This document shows, piece after piece, positions 29,501-37,826 of a stretch of 64,000 nt of DNA. Numbering within the stretch: position 1 is the stretch's first letter; every line of letters starts with the position of its first letter. The stretch lies in the NCBI GenBank assembly GCA_021774575.1, contig JAJFIX010000023.1:4166-68165 (forward strand), read 5' to 3'. A program made the position numbers and the translations under genes. This stretch comes from Alphaproteobacteria bacterium (GTDB lineage Bacteria > Pseudomonadota > Alphaproteobacteria > UBA6615). The notes below the pieces were generated by a model. It had not been told where the DNA came from. It ran no database searches and saw nothing but the letters and a program-made list of their open reading frames with translations.

Positions 29501-30791
29501 ATATCTGGATCAGCGGGTGGCGGGTGACCCGAATGAAACCGGCCAACGGACTGATGCAGCGGTGCGGCTAGACTATGTGCCTAGCCCGGATTTGCGGCTC
29601 TATGGTTTTGGACAGTCGACGGTTGATGTCTCCGGCCAACTTCAAGACTATGACCGTGGCGGCTTTGGCTTCAATGCGCGGGTCAGCGAGAAGGTTGATC
29701 TGGCGCTGGAGGCCTCCGACGGCTCAACCGGTCTTGGTGGTAACGCCAGACTGACCTACCGGCCGACCCCGGATGACGAGGTTTATCTTGGCTATGTCCT
29801 CGATCCAAACCGCACGGCGCCGACTAACAATCTGAGCGGTGCGGCGGATAACGGCACCTTTGTAATGGGTCGGCGGGTCCAGCAAACGGACTCAATGTCC
29901 TATTATGGTGAGCATAAATGGGATCTCTGGGGCGACCGGCGATCGATCGCGCGGACATTTGGTGTGTCCTATACGCCGGATGCGCGCTGGTCTGTTTCCG
30001 GTGCGATTGAAAACGGCGAGGTACGCGATGAAATCAACGGTGACTTTGACAGGACCGCTGTCTCTCTGGGCCTCGGTTATGGGGGCGAGGGTCGCGTAGA
30101 CGCAAGGTTGCGAATTGAATACCGGGTGGAAGATGGCGAAACGATCACCCAAGATCGGGAGACCTGGGCGCTGCTCGGCGGGCTCAATTACCGCGTCAGT
30201 GATGACTGGCGCGCGCTTGCCAGTGTCGACACGCATATCTCGCAAAGTGACCAGAGCGCATTTCTCGATGGCGAATTTGTTGAAGCGATCATTGGCTACG
30301 CCTACCGGCCGGTCGACAATGAACGACTGAACGTCCTTTTCAGATATCGCTACCTCTATGATTTGCCCGGACCCGATCAGGTGACGGCCGACGGATCGAC
30401 CGACGGGCCGTCGCAGGTCAGTCATGTGCTGTCGGTTGACGGTAACTATGACTTGACGCGGAAGCTAACCGTCGGCGCCAAGTATGGGTACCGCCTGTCC
30501 CAAACCGCTCCGCGCGGCACCCAGGTGTTTAGTGATGCAACGGCGCAACTGGCCGTCCTACGAGCTGACTGGCACGTCGTACATAAATGGGACATTCTTG
30601 CCGAGGGACGAACCCTGATTTCCGAGGAAATCGACACCACGGAATACGGAGCCCTGACCGGCGTCTATCGCCATCTTGGGAACAGTCTGAAGATTGGGCT
30701 GGGATACGAGTGGGGGCAAGTTTCCGACGACATGGCGAATATCGACTATCAGGGCCAGGGTGTTTTTCTCAACTTGCTGGGTAAATTTTAA
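20532..30791 (+). CDS. giant (~3,420 aa) surface protein: signal peptide, many DUF11 repeats, Cna-B/SdrD-B-like domains, C-terminal ~900 aa outer-membrane beta-barrel-like domain
   Basis: Start set at ATG 20532 (MQYRNDG.. then a hydrophobic signal). Recurrent DUF11 motif '..TD.LP.GL..'. Cna-B-like 'GSLFRDFTDDGAITAGDTGIGAVTMTL'. C-terminus ends '...FLNLLGKF' (terminal Phe) with alternating amphipathic strands. Confidence 0.75.
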   Translation: MQYRNDGPSRSFLHLAAVALFSASLLGFGGDAVAQSVDWVLNLNDTGSDPTAAGGTITYNINVSNNGADPAPVTTIDLDVPAGTTLAATSGTITGCAPVPTAGPATVTCTIPALAAGGAVDLSADVVPVASGTVTIGAHVPTTVGAVTDFDTANNDQTENTTITAGADVELLISGPATAASGSQISYSFDATNNGPDPASNLTLSFPIPTGVSNITEPPGCSLSASTYTCAVSGPLAPGASVSLVFDVQISAASGSTVTPVATISVGSPVDPLASNNTDSLDTDITAGTDLRITKSRSPSGTLLVGDTVTFTLAGSYTGDDPSGITITDTIPAIYAIQSVTPSAGSGFACTVTLQDISCLRATGAGPGGNVSLGSISIVATAITAGSAVNTATIVATGPVDSNLSNNSDTDGGATIQDPTVDLRANKSGPNPPLIVDGNSYDFSISATNIGNADFFGTIVLTDSLPAGLTATGFVLNGWTCAPVPAAVLPIAGPAVIECTQIFTSGSPLASGATTSSAVIQTTATASGTITNSVTVSSPDANIADSNSGNDVATTTVTGSTLGASADILVEKTASLATLPAGDVQTFTLRVVNNGPIASANITLTDSLSGLINNSVGPTGAGLISVDDTSSVGLATGLTCSTASSGGSSRLLTCTIVNLPVCVGADCPIITVQVRPGGNGGSRTNTADAISSVTVDSDLTNNSASATFTVEPRADMTVTKVSSPSPATAGQDLTYVLTARNISNGLSAAASVTITDTLPNNVTFVSASPSAGSCTTTPILNSTTGAGNNTVSCSLGTINNGAQRTVTIVTRPNFVTRGTTLSNNVTVATTTIETDGTNNSAINLTPVVVPVLDLLVNKTDSVDPVAVGDDTVFSISVQNIGPSAAENVVFTDVMPPSRLSFQSVIVSAGGSCLTVPAVDSFGQTLECDFPRLLAGTSETITVTMRGTEKGTVFNTADVTSDEVVAGFDTNTTNNNVMEQTTVRSKADPEVVSKVASVNPVNLRDNFNFVITVRNNSGAGLAEADDVLVSDTLPTGMVLTGPPTVTAGLANVTGSTCTGLAGETSFTCDLGTFTGGGTAEITVPVEITSVSSNPQTIVNTASITTSSLDVNSANNTNSGSVDVNSSSISGSLFRDFTDDGAITAGDTGIGAVTMTLTGTSADGAAISRTVATAADGTFTFALLPEGNYTITRGTPSEPNLVDGTDTPGTAGGTVSAPITIAGISLGGNTAAANYLFALIPQASIGIAKTVQSGPTPNADGSYNVTFRLTVENLSLEALENIVVDDALAGASPLFGAFSALATPATDPLARGSYTILAAPSGSCGGLQAGFDGNAAQTVATGFGLAIGATCTIDLILRVQPSVPFPPVLASGGRYENQATVDGQGAVTGQTSATNAQLADSSDNGVNPDPNSNSQANEAGENDPTPVDPVYVRSVGLVKTVDTGALSTPAVAGDILTFGFTVTNTGDVTLTGLTLADPLPGISVSGGPIASLTPGASDSLTFTATYTLTQADVDAGQVVNQATVSGIDPFDGTVTDPSGTTTTNDTPLTTTLTPGPAIGLVKTANASGLSSPSVVGERITYSFAVTNTGNVTLSNVTLTDILPGIVISGGPIATLAPGATDATTFTATYDILQSDIDAGQVSNQATATGSPPFGADVNDLSGTTTGNDTPTVSSVTQAPAIDLQKTADDSAFLVTSAVPGDTLPFTFQVTNIGNTTLTGITITDPLPGIVITGGPIASLAPGATDSTTISGSYSITAADILAGQIDNTATTTGTYTDSGGSPQTVTDTDSATGIVVAIDANPEIFPPFTTDGGTTTSMLASDSVANQPATLANVTISVVTTDPELTLDPATGLITLAPGNPAGEYFVTYQICSTASPAVCDTAIETVTQSAIPSIEATKTQVLTDNGDGIDGVGDTLTYTITVENTGNVPVENIALTDTLTTLNTGFGLTLDGGPTFVSASSGSLEGDLAIGETATYTASFTLTIDALIGGGTSNTITVDALPVFGPAVPGTPAPILDVSDDGDDGDGNTTEDPTQFPIASSLAASGLTVTKTTPRGIVERGQIVPYTIAIRNDNPVVSGQLDIVDVLPPGFLYLDGSATLDGTPFSVDVAGRVVTWPDVPVPPLTTVTATLSARITTGAPSGELVNRASARNPNDNTPLAPVATATVRILPEAVFDCGDVIGKVFDDRDRDGYQNPDRSEPGIPGVRLVGIDGTTIVTDEFGRFHVPCAMLPDDRGTNFILKIDPHSLPAGYGMTSENPRIVRLTRGKLTEMNFGATAENIVRIDQNARVFVPQFGGQFDLIAARPVGLSALVDQIALDPQRPTEIRAMAAGIDIRFDTLDERRFLNVTTMGLRAAYRAGETVIFRTSSNYPRFIVRSEIRIRDRSHRRLIAVLPVLPNGQMPWMVPQSGTGEFDYVLRVYDGRGRYDETEPLSLVRTARSFNTHETVRGAAIAPGEGEDRTAIRNIPIRGGLVTAAGEGLAPGTRVLVMSEEVTVDLSGRFVVSRILPVGEHEVAVDVAHAGQVSRVVRNIEVPALTAFSVGIVDLTIGKQLENDLADADPDYDDTYAEGRLGYYGTAILPDGTRVTMSVDTGNGSLKDAFRRLDDRDPRDVLQRLDEDDLYPTYGDDSTAYDDAPTSGRAYFQIERGGARLTWGDFQSAIAGPEFLAGKRNLYGVDLNYTSPVVTTRGDARAQLSAYFAQPDTLPARDIMRGTGGSVYFLSRQDINNGSETVTVQIRDPQTGRIISTTTLVADLDYDINNIQGVIVLAAPLASSTTDGGLISSGVVGEFDVNLVVQYEYTPTAGDLDGASGAGRVELWARNNLRLGITGMRENTGVADQDMFGADLRWNLGETSYVETEFAQTVGPGFGRTLSANGGLTLDMTGPGTGTRADALRVDGHLNFAELNFGLEGHLDFYYERKDAGFATLNEDIAEDRELVGLSSELALSPRLRLGIDVEDFQKQGREHTQTSEVRASYSLNRVLTLSGAVEYLDQRVAGDPNETGQRTDAAVRLDYVPSPDLRLYGFGQSTVDVSGQLQDYDRGGFGFNARVSEKVDLALEASDGSTGLGGNARLTYRPTPDDEVYLGYVLDPNRTAPTNNLSGAADNGTFVMGRRVQQTDSMSYYGEHKWDLWGDRRSIARTFGVSYTPDARWSVSGAIENGEVRDEINGDFDRTAVSLGLGYGGEGRVDARLRIEYRVEDGETITQDRETWALLGGLNYRVSDDWRALASVDTHISQSDQSAFLDGEFVEAIIGYAYRPVDNERLNVLFRYRYLYDLPGPDQVTADGSTDGPSQVSHVLSVDGNYDLTRKLTVGAKYGYRLSQTAPRGTQVFSDATAQLAVLRADWHVVHKWDILAEGRTLISEEIDTTEYGALTGVYRHLGNSLKIGLGYEWGQVSDDMANIDYQGQGVFLNLLGKF
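24831..25930 (+). repeat. three tandem ~370 bp (~123 aa) near-identical DUF11 repeat units inside the giant gene
   Basis: Protein repeats 'GLVKT..LS.P.V.G..T..F.VTNTG.VTL....L.D.LPGI..SGGPIA.L.PGA.D..TF.A.Y'. The matching DNA periodicity is visible. Confidence 0.7.
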
Positions 30792-30966
30792 TACTCGACG
30801 GAATTGGGGGTGGTGCCCAAATTAGGAGCAAAAGCCATATTGTGGTTAATTATTAGTCATTAATAGGTAGGCTTCACATCAAAATTTCGTTGCAATTTTG
30901 AGTGTAATATAAAATATATAATAAGAACAATGAGTTATATGATTTCTCCCGGGGCAAGAGAAAACC

Positions 30967-30982
30967 TGGCACGGCACATGCA
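30967..30982 (+). promoter_or_regulatory. candidate sigma-54 (-24/-12) promoter TGGCAC-GGCAC-ATGCA upstream of urtA
   Basis: GG and GC elements are 12 nt apart, with one mismatch to TGGCAC-N5-TTGCA. About 65 bp upstream of the urtA ATG (31044) in an AT-rich leader. Confidence 0.4.
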
Positions 30983-31043
30983 TACCTGACGGTGACAGGC
31001 CAAAGAGGCCAATGTTGCTGTTTTACCGATGGAGAAATCAAAA

Positions 31044-32317
31044 TGAATAATTTATTGCGCACAGCCGCGCTCGCCGGCGTCATCGCTGGGTCTGCCGCTT
31101 TTTCAGGCGGCGCACAGGCCGCCGATACGATCAAAGTCGGCGTGCTTCATTCACTCTCGGGCACCATGGCGATTAGCGAAACAACGCTGAAAGATACGGT
31201 GTTGATGCTTGTCGACAGTTTGAATGCCAATGGTGGTCTGCTCGGCCAACAGGTTGAGGCGGTTGTCGTCGATCCGGCATCGGACTGGCCGCTGTTTGCC
31301 GAAAAAGCCCGCGAACTCCTGGAAGTTGAGGAGGTCGACGTCATTTTCGGCAACTGGACATCGGTTTCGCGAAAATCGGTTTTGCCGGTGGTCGAAGAGC
31401 TGAATGGATTGTTGTTTTATCCGGTTCAGTATGAGGGCGAAGAAAGCTCCCGCAACGTTTTCTATACCGGTGCGGCACCCAACCAGCAGGCGATACCGGC
31501 AGTCGAGTATCTGATGAGCGATGCCGGAGGTGCGGCCGAGCGTTGGGTTTTGCTGGGCACCGATTACGTCTATCCGCGTACGACCAACAAAATTCTTCGG
31601 GCTTTCCTGCATGAAAATGGCGTCGATGACGCAGATATTATCGAGAGCTACACCCCGTTCGGACACTCTGATTGGCAAAATATCATTGCCGAAGTCGGTG
31701 ATTTTGCTTCTCAGGGCAAGCGCACGGCGGTCATTTCGACGATCAATGGTGATGCCAATGTGCCGTTCTATAAGGAGCTTGGAAACCAAGGCATTTCTGC
31801 CGAGGACGTTCCCGTCGTTGCATTCTCGGTCGGAGAGGAAGAGCTTTCCGGTCTCGATACGAGCAATTTGATTGGGCATCTGGCCGCGTGGAACTATTTC
31901 CAGAGTGTCGATACGCCGGCAAACCGGGCATTCATCGATCAGTGGCACGCCTATATTGGCGACGATAGCCGGGTCACCAACGATCCGATGGAAGCACATT
32001 ATATCGGCTTTAATATGTGGGTTCAGGCGGTAGAGCTTGCCGGAACAACCGATGTCGATGCGGTGCGAACGGCAATGTATGGCCAAGAGGTGGCGAACCT
32101 GACCGGCGGAACCGCGGTCATGAACACCAATCATCATCTGTCCAAGCCTGTGCTGATCGGTGAGATTCTTGATGACGGTCAGTTTGATGTTGTCTGGCAG
32201 ACCGACGGTCTCGTCCGTGGCGACGCCTGGTCGGATTTCCTGCCGGAAAGTCAAAATCTAGTCTCTGACTGGTCGGCACCGTTTAGCTGTGGCAACTGCC
32301 CGCGGCCGGCAAACTAG
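31044..32317 (+). CDS. urtA: urea ABC transporter substrate-binding protein
   Basis: Signal peptide 'MNNLLRTAALAGVIAGSAAFSGGAQA'. Full-length type I PBP with strong UrtA-like conservation ('IKVGVLHSLSGTMAISE'). Confidence 0.9.
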
Positions 32318-32342
32318 TCTGTCGACGAATTGATTGGACGGT

Positions 32343-32383
32343 CGGAGCGCTAAGTCACTGGCGCTCCGGCCTCTGGTTTTTCC
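32343..32383 (+). terminator. intra-operon rho-independent terminator/attenuator between urtA and urtB
   Basis: Stem 'cggagcgc' / 'gcgctccg' (8 bp), loop ~10 nt, followed by 'ggtttttcc'. Confidence 0.55.
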
Positions 32384-32405
32384 AAAACCATCATGAGAAC
32401 ACCGG

Positions 32406-34034
32406 GTGCCTATGTCCCTCCTCAACCGTTTTGCCGTTCTCCTTTTTTGCTTGGTTGCCGTTGGTGCGCTTGTGCCGTCAAATGGGTCGGCGGCTGATCT
32501 CGATACGATCATCGCGCTCGGGTCGGATGGTTTTGCGGAGAAAGTTGCGGCGATTGAAGCGGTCGCGTCGCAAGGTGGTGAAAATGCAATTCCGGTTCTC
32601 GAAGCTTTTCTCGAAGGCAATCTCTATGTGGTTAAGGCGGATCTAAAAACCGTCATAGCCCGAGAGGAGGGCACGGCCTTTATCCTTATCGATCCGGTCA
32701 CGCTCGATGAAATCGGCCAGGTCGACAGCGATGCCATTAGAAAAATTCGGACCAATAATCGGTTGCGCGGCATCATCCGGGGCGCGATTGGCGGCTTGCA
32801 GCTCTTTAGTAGCGACCGGGGTGAACGCATCGTCGCCGCCGAGGCGGTATTTAAATCGCGAAAGATCGAGATGATCCCACGTCTGGAGTTGGCTCTAGCC
32901 AGGGAAGAAGACGAAAGAGCTCGCACGCAATTAGAGTTGGCGTTGGCGGCCACCCAGCTCACGGTATCTGGAAATAAGGCGCTGCAACTTGCGGCTATCG
33001 AGACATTGTCAGGGCATACCAGCCAGGACATCCGGTCACTACTCGCGGCGAAAATTTCTAACACCAGCGATAATGAGGTGCGGGATTCCGCCCAGCTCGC
33101 CGTTGAGGAGATCGAGGCACGACTGGCATTCCGGGGAAATATTGCCAATATTTTTCGCGGCGTCAGCCTTGGTTCTGTTCTTCTGTTAGCTGCTGTTGGA
33201 TTGGCGATCACCTTCGGCGTGATGGGGGTGATCAATATGGCGCATGGCGAATTGATCATGATTGGCGCTTACACAACTTTTGTCGTGCAAGATTTGTTTC
33301 GGTCCTATCTGCCCGATTGGTTTGGCTATTCACTTTTTGTCGCCGTGCCCGCTGCATTCATGGTTGGCGGTTTGATCGGTATTCTCATCGAGCGATTTAT
33401 GATCCGCTTTCTTTATGGGCGGCCCCTCGAAACGCTTCTGGCGACATGGGGCCTTAGTCTCATTTTGCAGCAGGCGGTGCGCACGATTTTCGGCCCGACC
33501 AATCGTGAGGTCGGCAACCCGAGTTGGATGAGCGGCAGTCTGGAGGTCGCCGGTGGGCTCGCGCTGACTTATAATCGGATCTATATCATCCTCTTTTCAA
33601 TATTGGTTGTCGGGCTACTGGCGCTCCTAATGCGCAAGACCAGTTTTGGCCTGCAAATGCGTGCGGTAACCCAGAACCGGCGCATGGCCGGGTCAATGGG
33701 CATTCGTTCCGGTCGGGTGGATGCACTGACCTTCGGTCTTGGTTCGGCGATTGCCGGTATTGCCGGCGTTGCTCTCAGCCAAATAGACAATGTCAGCCCC
33801 AATCTAGGCCAAGCCTATATCATCGATAGCTTCCTTGTCGTCGTTTTGGGCGGGGTCGGTAATTTGTGGGGGACGGTTGTCGGAGCGCTTACCCTAGGCA
33901 TGACCAACAAATTTCTGGAGCCATATGCAGGCGCCGTACTGGCCAAAATTTTCGTGTTGGTGGCAATAATTTTATTCATCCAAAAAAGACCCCGAGGCAT
34001 GTTCGCCCTCAAAGGTCGTGCGGTGGAGGGGTAG
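32406..34034 (+). CDS. urtB: urea ABC transporter permease with extended N-terminal periplasmic domain
   Basis: HEAT-like N-domain followed by a branched-chain-type permease core ('GVINMAHGELIMIGAY'). Confidence 0.85.
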   Translation: MPMSLLNRFAVLLFCLVAVGALVPSNGSAADLDTIIALGSDGFAEKVAAIEAVASQGGENAIPVLEAFLEGNLYVVKADLKTVIAREEGTAFILIDPVTLDEIGQVDSDAIRKIRTNNRLRGIIRGAIGGLQLFSSDRGERIVAAEAVFKSRKIEMIPRLELALAREEDERARTQLELALAATQLTVSGNKALQLAAIETLSGHTSQDIRSLLAAKISNTSDNEVRDSAQLAVEEIEARLAFRGNIANIFRGVSLGSVLLLAAVGLAITFGVMGVINMAHGELIMIGAYTTFVVQDLFRSYLPDWFGYSLFVAVPAAFMVGGLIGILIERFMIRFLYGRPLETLLATWGLSLILQQAVRTIFGPTNREVGNPSWMSGSLEVAGGLALTYNRIYIILFSILVVGLLALLMRKTSFGLQMRAVTQNRRMAGSMGIRSGRVDALTFGLGSAIAGIAGVALSQIDNVSPNLGQAYIIDSFLVVVLGGVGNLWGTVVGALTLGMTNKFLEPYAGAVLAKIFVLVAIILFIQKRPRGMFALKGRAVEG

Positions 34035-34037
34035 GGG

Positions 34038-35153
34038 ATGGCGCGAAAATCGATCTTTTTCTTTCTCCTCGGAGATCGCGGCGGGCAAATTCTTCTGGGT
34101 TTGCTGATGGTTTCTGCCGTGGCTATCCCAGTGCTCAATCTCTTGGTTCCCCCGACCTCGTTTTTTCATGTCCCGACCTTCATGGTCAGCTTGTTTGGGA
34201 AATATCTGACATTTGCGCTACTGGCTTTAAGTGTCGATTTGATCTGGGGTTTCTCGGGCATCCTATCCCTGGGCCATGGTGCATTTTTTGCCCTTGGTGG
34301 CTATGCGATGGGCATGCATCTGATGCGCCAGATCGGTGATCGCGGGGTCTATTCAAATCCGATCTTGCCCGATTTCATGGTGTTTCTTGATTGGCAGGAA
34401 TTGCCTTGGTTTTGGCTTGGGTTTGATAATTTTGCCTTCGCTGCTCTGATGGTGGTCGTTGCACCGGGGGCGCTGGCCTTCGTATTTGGCTGGTTTGCGT
34501 TTCGCTCCCGGGTGACCGGGGTCTATTTTTCAATCATCACCCAGGCCATGACATTTGCCTTGATGTTGGCATTTTTTCGCAATGATATGGGGTTTGGCGG
34601 CAATAACGGCCTTACCGATTTCAAGGATATTCTGGGTTTCAGCCTGCAGGCCGATGGGACACGCGCCGCGCTCTTTTCCGCATCCGCCATCGCGTTGGCG
34701 CTGGGTTATCTATTATGTCGTTTCATTGTGACCTCACGTTTCGGTCAAGTCTTGGTGGCGATCAGGGATGCAGAGAGTAGGGCGCGGTTTCTCGGCTATC
34801 GCGTCGAGCATTACAAACTCTTTGCCTTTGTCGTTTCGGGGGTTTTGGCCGGGGTAGCTGGAGCTCTTTATGTCCCGCAAGTCGGTATCATTAATCCCAG
34901 CGAATTTACCCCGGCCCGCTCGATAGAAATCATAATCTGGGTGGCGGTTGGTGGGCGCGGCACCCTCTATGGTGCCGTACTCGGGGCAATCATAATTAAT
35001 TATGCGAGAAGCTATTTCACCGGCGCCTTGCCCGAGGCTTGGTTGTTTATTCTCGGTGGATTATTCATCCTCACAACGATTTTTCTACCCAGGGGCATTA
35101 CCGGTTCCATTCCAAGTTTTTCGTTTGGTGGGAAAAAGGAGGCCGCGAAATGA
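34038..35153 (+). CDS. urtC: urea ABC transporter permease
   Basis: LivM-type permease that overlaps urtD by ATGA. Confidence 0.85.
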   Translation: MARKSIFFFLLGDRGGQILLGLLMVSAVAIPVLNLLVPPTSFFHVPTFMVSLFGKYLTFALLALSVDLIWGFSGILSLGHGAFFALGGYAMGMHLMRQIGDRGVYSNPILPDFMVFLDWQELPWFWLGFDNFAFAALMVVVAPGALAFVFGWFAFRSRVTGVYFSIITQAMTFALMLAFFRNDMGFGGNNGLTDFKDILGFSLQADGTRAALFSASAIALALGYLLCRFIVTSRFGQVLVAIRDAESRARFLGYRVEHYKLFAFVVSGVLAGVAGALYVPQVGIINPSEFTPARSIEIIIWVAVGGRGTLYGAVLGAIIINYARSYFTGALPEAWLFILGGLFILTTIFLPRGITGSIPSFSFGGKKEAAK

Positions 35154-35896
35154 GCGCCACGGGCAATGTCCTCTATCTCGATAATGTGTCGGTGAGCTTC
35201 GATGGATTCAAAGCATTGAACGGCTTGAATTTATATCTCTCGACAGGGGAATTGCGGGCGATCATCGGGCCCAACGGTGCCGGAAAAACGACAATGATGG
35301 ATGTTGTGACGGGCAAGACCAAACCGGATTCGGGCAAAATATTTTTCAAAGGTGATCTTGAATTAACCAGATTTGATGAGGCACAAATCGCCAATTTGGG
35401 GGTCGGCCGAAAATTCCAGAAGCCAACGGTATTCGAAAACCAAACGGTGTTTGAAAACCTCGAATTAGCCTTGAAGGGAACGCGCGGGCTGTTGCCCGCC
35501 CTGTTTCATCGACGGACAAGAGCACAGGACGCGCGGATTGAAGAGGTCTTCGATATAATAAACCTCAACTCTGAGCCCGACAAATTGGCTGGCTCCTTGT
35601 CGCACGGTCAAAAGCAATGGCTTGAGATCGGAATGTTGTTGATGCAGGACCCGGAATTACTGCTGGTCGATGAGCCTGCGGCGGGCATGACCGACAGGGA
35701 AACCGAGCAAACGGCGGAGCTCTTAAAAGAAATCGCGAAATCTCATTCGGTTGTTGTCGTCGAGCATGACATGGAATTCGTGCGGGCCCTTGATTGCCGG
35801 GTCACGGTTTTGCACGAAGGCAGCACAATTGCCGAGGGCTCCTTGGCACATGTGCAAAATGATGAGCGTGTCATCGAAATATATCTGGGGCGATAG
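35150..35896 (+). CDS. urtD: urea ABC transporter ATP-binding protein
   Basis: Walker A 'GPNGAGKTT', signature 'LSHGQKQWLEIG', Walker B 'LLLVDEP'. Start trimmed to the ATG at 35150. Confidence 0.9.
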   Translation: MSATGNVLYLDNVSVSFDGFKALNGLNLYLSTGELRAIIGPNGAGKTTMMDVVTGKTKPDSGKIFFKGDLELTRFDEAQIANLGVGRKFQKPTVFENQTVFENLELALKGTRGLLPALFHRRTRAQDARIEEVFDIINLNSEPDKLAGSLSHGQKQWLEIGMLLMQDPELLLVDEPAAGMTDRETEQTAELLKEIAKSHSVVVVEHDMEFVRALDCRVTVLHEGSTIAEGSLAHVQNDERVIEIYLGR

Positions 35897-35899
35897 ATC

Positions 35900-36595
35900 A
35901 TGCTCAAAATCCAGGAGGTCGATCTTTTTTACGGCGCCAGCCAGGCTTTGCGCGGCGTCAATTTGCAGGCGGAAAAAGGCCAGGTCACATGCGTCATGGG
36001 CCGCAATGGCGTCGGAAAAACCAGTTTGATGAATGCGGTTGTTGGCCAGCAAGCGATTGCCGGTGGCAAAATATTATGGGAGGGCGAAAATATTGGCGCA
36101 TTCTCTACCTCCAAGCGCGCGGCAAAGGGAATAGCTTATGTGCCTCAAGGCCGGGAGATATTTCCGTTGCTTAATGTGAAGGAAAACCTGCAAACCGGTT
36201 ATGCGGCGCTGCCGCGTAGCTTGCGCCATGTTCCCGATGAGATATTCCATTTGTTTCCGGTCTTGAAAGATATGCTGGGGCGTCGCGGCGGTGACCTTTC
36301 CGGCGGTCAACAGCAGCAGCTCGCGATTGCCCGTGCCTTGGTAACTCGCCCCCGGTTGCTGGTTTTGGACGAGCCGACCGAGGGCATACAGCCGTCGATC
36401 ATCAAGGATATTGCACGAGTCATTCGGATGCTGCGCGATGGTGGTGATATAGCGATATTGCTGGTCGAACAATATTTCGAATTCGCTCGCGATTTGGCCG
36501 ATGCCTTTGTCGTAATGGAGCGGGGAGAAATTGTGCTGTCGGGGACCGGTCAGGATATGGTTGAATCGGAGGTGCGGCGCCACCTGACCGTATAG
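35900..36595 (+). CDS. urtE: urea ABC transporter ATP-binding protein
   Basis: Walker A 'GRNGVGKTS', signature 'LSGGQQQQLAIA', Walker B 'LLVLDEP'. Confidence 0.9.
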   Translation: MLKIQEVDLFYGASQALRGVNLQAEKGQVTCVMGRNGVGKTSLMNAVVGQQAIAGGKILWEGENIGAFSTSKRAAKGIAYVPQGREIFPLLNVKENLQTGYAALPRSLRHVPDEIFHLFPVLKDMLGRRGGDLSGGQQQQLAIARALVTRPRLLVLDEPTEGIQPSIIKDIARVIRMLRDGGDIAILLVEQYFEFARDLADAFVVMERGEIVLSGTGQDMVESEVRRHLTV

Positions 36596-36597
36596 GC

Positions 36598-37479
36598 ATG
36601 ACCGATGAGAGCTCTCAAATGGCAACTACCCTTCAAGAATCCAGACCCACAGCGCTGACTAAATTACAGCGCGGTGACGGTGCTGTGGAGTTGGGGCTCT
36701 CCCACACCGATGGCCGCACTCGGTTGAGCCATCTTTATCAGCGCGCCCCGGCAAAACTCTTGATGCCCGATCCGGCGCCGGGTGATCCGCTCACCGCCGT
36801 GATTGCGACGATCTCGGGTGGGCTAACCGGTGGTGATCGGTTGTCGGTCTCAGTCAAAGCTGGTCAGGAGACGGAGGCGTTAGTGACAACGCAAGCGGCG
36901 GAGAGAATTTATCGCTCGGTGGGGCCGGACGTTGAAATGGAGATTGAGATTGAGGTGGATCGTGGGCGCTTGGAATGGTTGCCTCAGGAGACAATTTTGT
37001 TTGATGGGGCAAAGTTGCGGCGACGAACGCATATACGGGCTGAAGCCGGCGCGACGATTTTGGCTGGTGATATGGTTACGTTTGGGCGGCGCGCGCGGGG
37101 CGAACGTTTTCACACCGGTGCGCTGCTTGATAGTTGGCGGGTGACGCGGGCGGGAAAACTCATTTGGGCGGACGGGTTATGCCTCGGCCCGGAACCTGCT
37201 TCCATGCTTGAACATCCGGCCGGGTTGGCTGGTGCCGCCGCGTTCGCCAGCATGGTTGTCGTTGCCGACAATGTTCAACCCTTTAAAGAAGTCGCGCAAA
37301 AAATCTTGTCCGACGTGTCGGTTTTTGCCGGTGTCACCGAGGTGAATTCGGTATTATTACTGCGCATGTTGGATGAAGATGCGACGGTTTTGCGCGACAC
37401 CTTCGGCGGAGTTTGGTGCCGGATGAGACATGAAATGTTTGGCTTTCCGGCGCGCCTGCCGCGACTTTGGTATTGTTGA
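36598..37479 (+). CDS. ureD: urease accessory protein UreD (UreH)
   Basis: UreD-family conservation and its position immediately 5' of ureABC. Confidence 0.8.
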   Translation: MTDESSQMATTLQESRPTALTKLQRGDGAVELGLSHTDGRTRLSHLYQRAPAKLLMPDPAPGDPLTAVIATISGGLTGGDRLSVSVKAGQETEALVTTQAAERIYRSVGPDVEMEIEIEVDRGRLEWLPQETILFDGAKLRRRTHIRAEAGATILAGDMVTFGRRARGERFHTGALLDSWRVTRAGKLIWADGLCLGPEPASMLEHPAGLAGAAAFASMVVVADNVQPFKEVAQKILSDVSVFAGVTEVNSVLLLRMLDEDATVLRDTFGGVWCRMRHEMFGFPARLPRLWYC

Positions 37480-37501
37480 TCGCCGATATAGAAAAGAGAG
37501 G

Positions 37502-37813
37502 GTGGCAAAATTGCTCCTGACACCACGCGAAAAAGATAAACTCCTAATTTCGATGGCCGCCATCGTGGCCCGGCGCCGTCTTGAGCGGGGCGTCAAGCTG
37601 AACCATCCCGAAGCGATTGCCCTGATTTCAGATTTCGTCGTCGAGGGCGCGCGCGATGGACGCGCGGTTGCCGAATTGATGCGTGACGGCGCCACGGTAT
37701 TGACCAGGGACCAGGTCATGGAGGGGGTTGCCGAAATGATACGCGACATTCAAGTCGAAGCGACCTTTCCCGACGGGACCAAATTGGTCACCGTTCATGA
37801 ACCAATTCGTTGA
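37502..37813 (+). CDS. ureA: urease gamma subunit
   Basis: '[43 protein letters not shown]'. The true start is GTG 37502 or TTG 37511 (the 100 aa form). The six-frame ORF start at 37430 is too far upstream. Confidence 0.85.
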   Translation: MAKLLLTPREKDKLLISMAAIVARRRLERGVKLNHPEAIALISDFVVEGARDGRAVAELMRDGATVLTRDQVMEGVAEMIRDIQVEATFPDGTKLVTVHEPIR

Positions 37814-37826
37814 GTGAGGTGAGCCA

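Noticed and set aside
20705-30425. Numerous long minus-strand and out-of-frame ORFs in the six-frame track inside the giant gene (e.g. 21851-22690, 22326-23237, 22733-24088, 27267-28373, 29892-30425)
   Set aside because: They lie entirely antisense to, or frame-shifted within, a continuous 10 kb sense ORF with strong repeat-domain structure. High GC and low stop-codon density generate such shadow ORFs. No RBS or domain support.
31151-32254. 367 aa minus-strand ORF antisense to urtA
   Set aside because: urtA on the plus strand has a signal peptide and full PBP conservation. The antisense ORF has no recognisable features.
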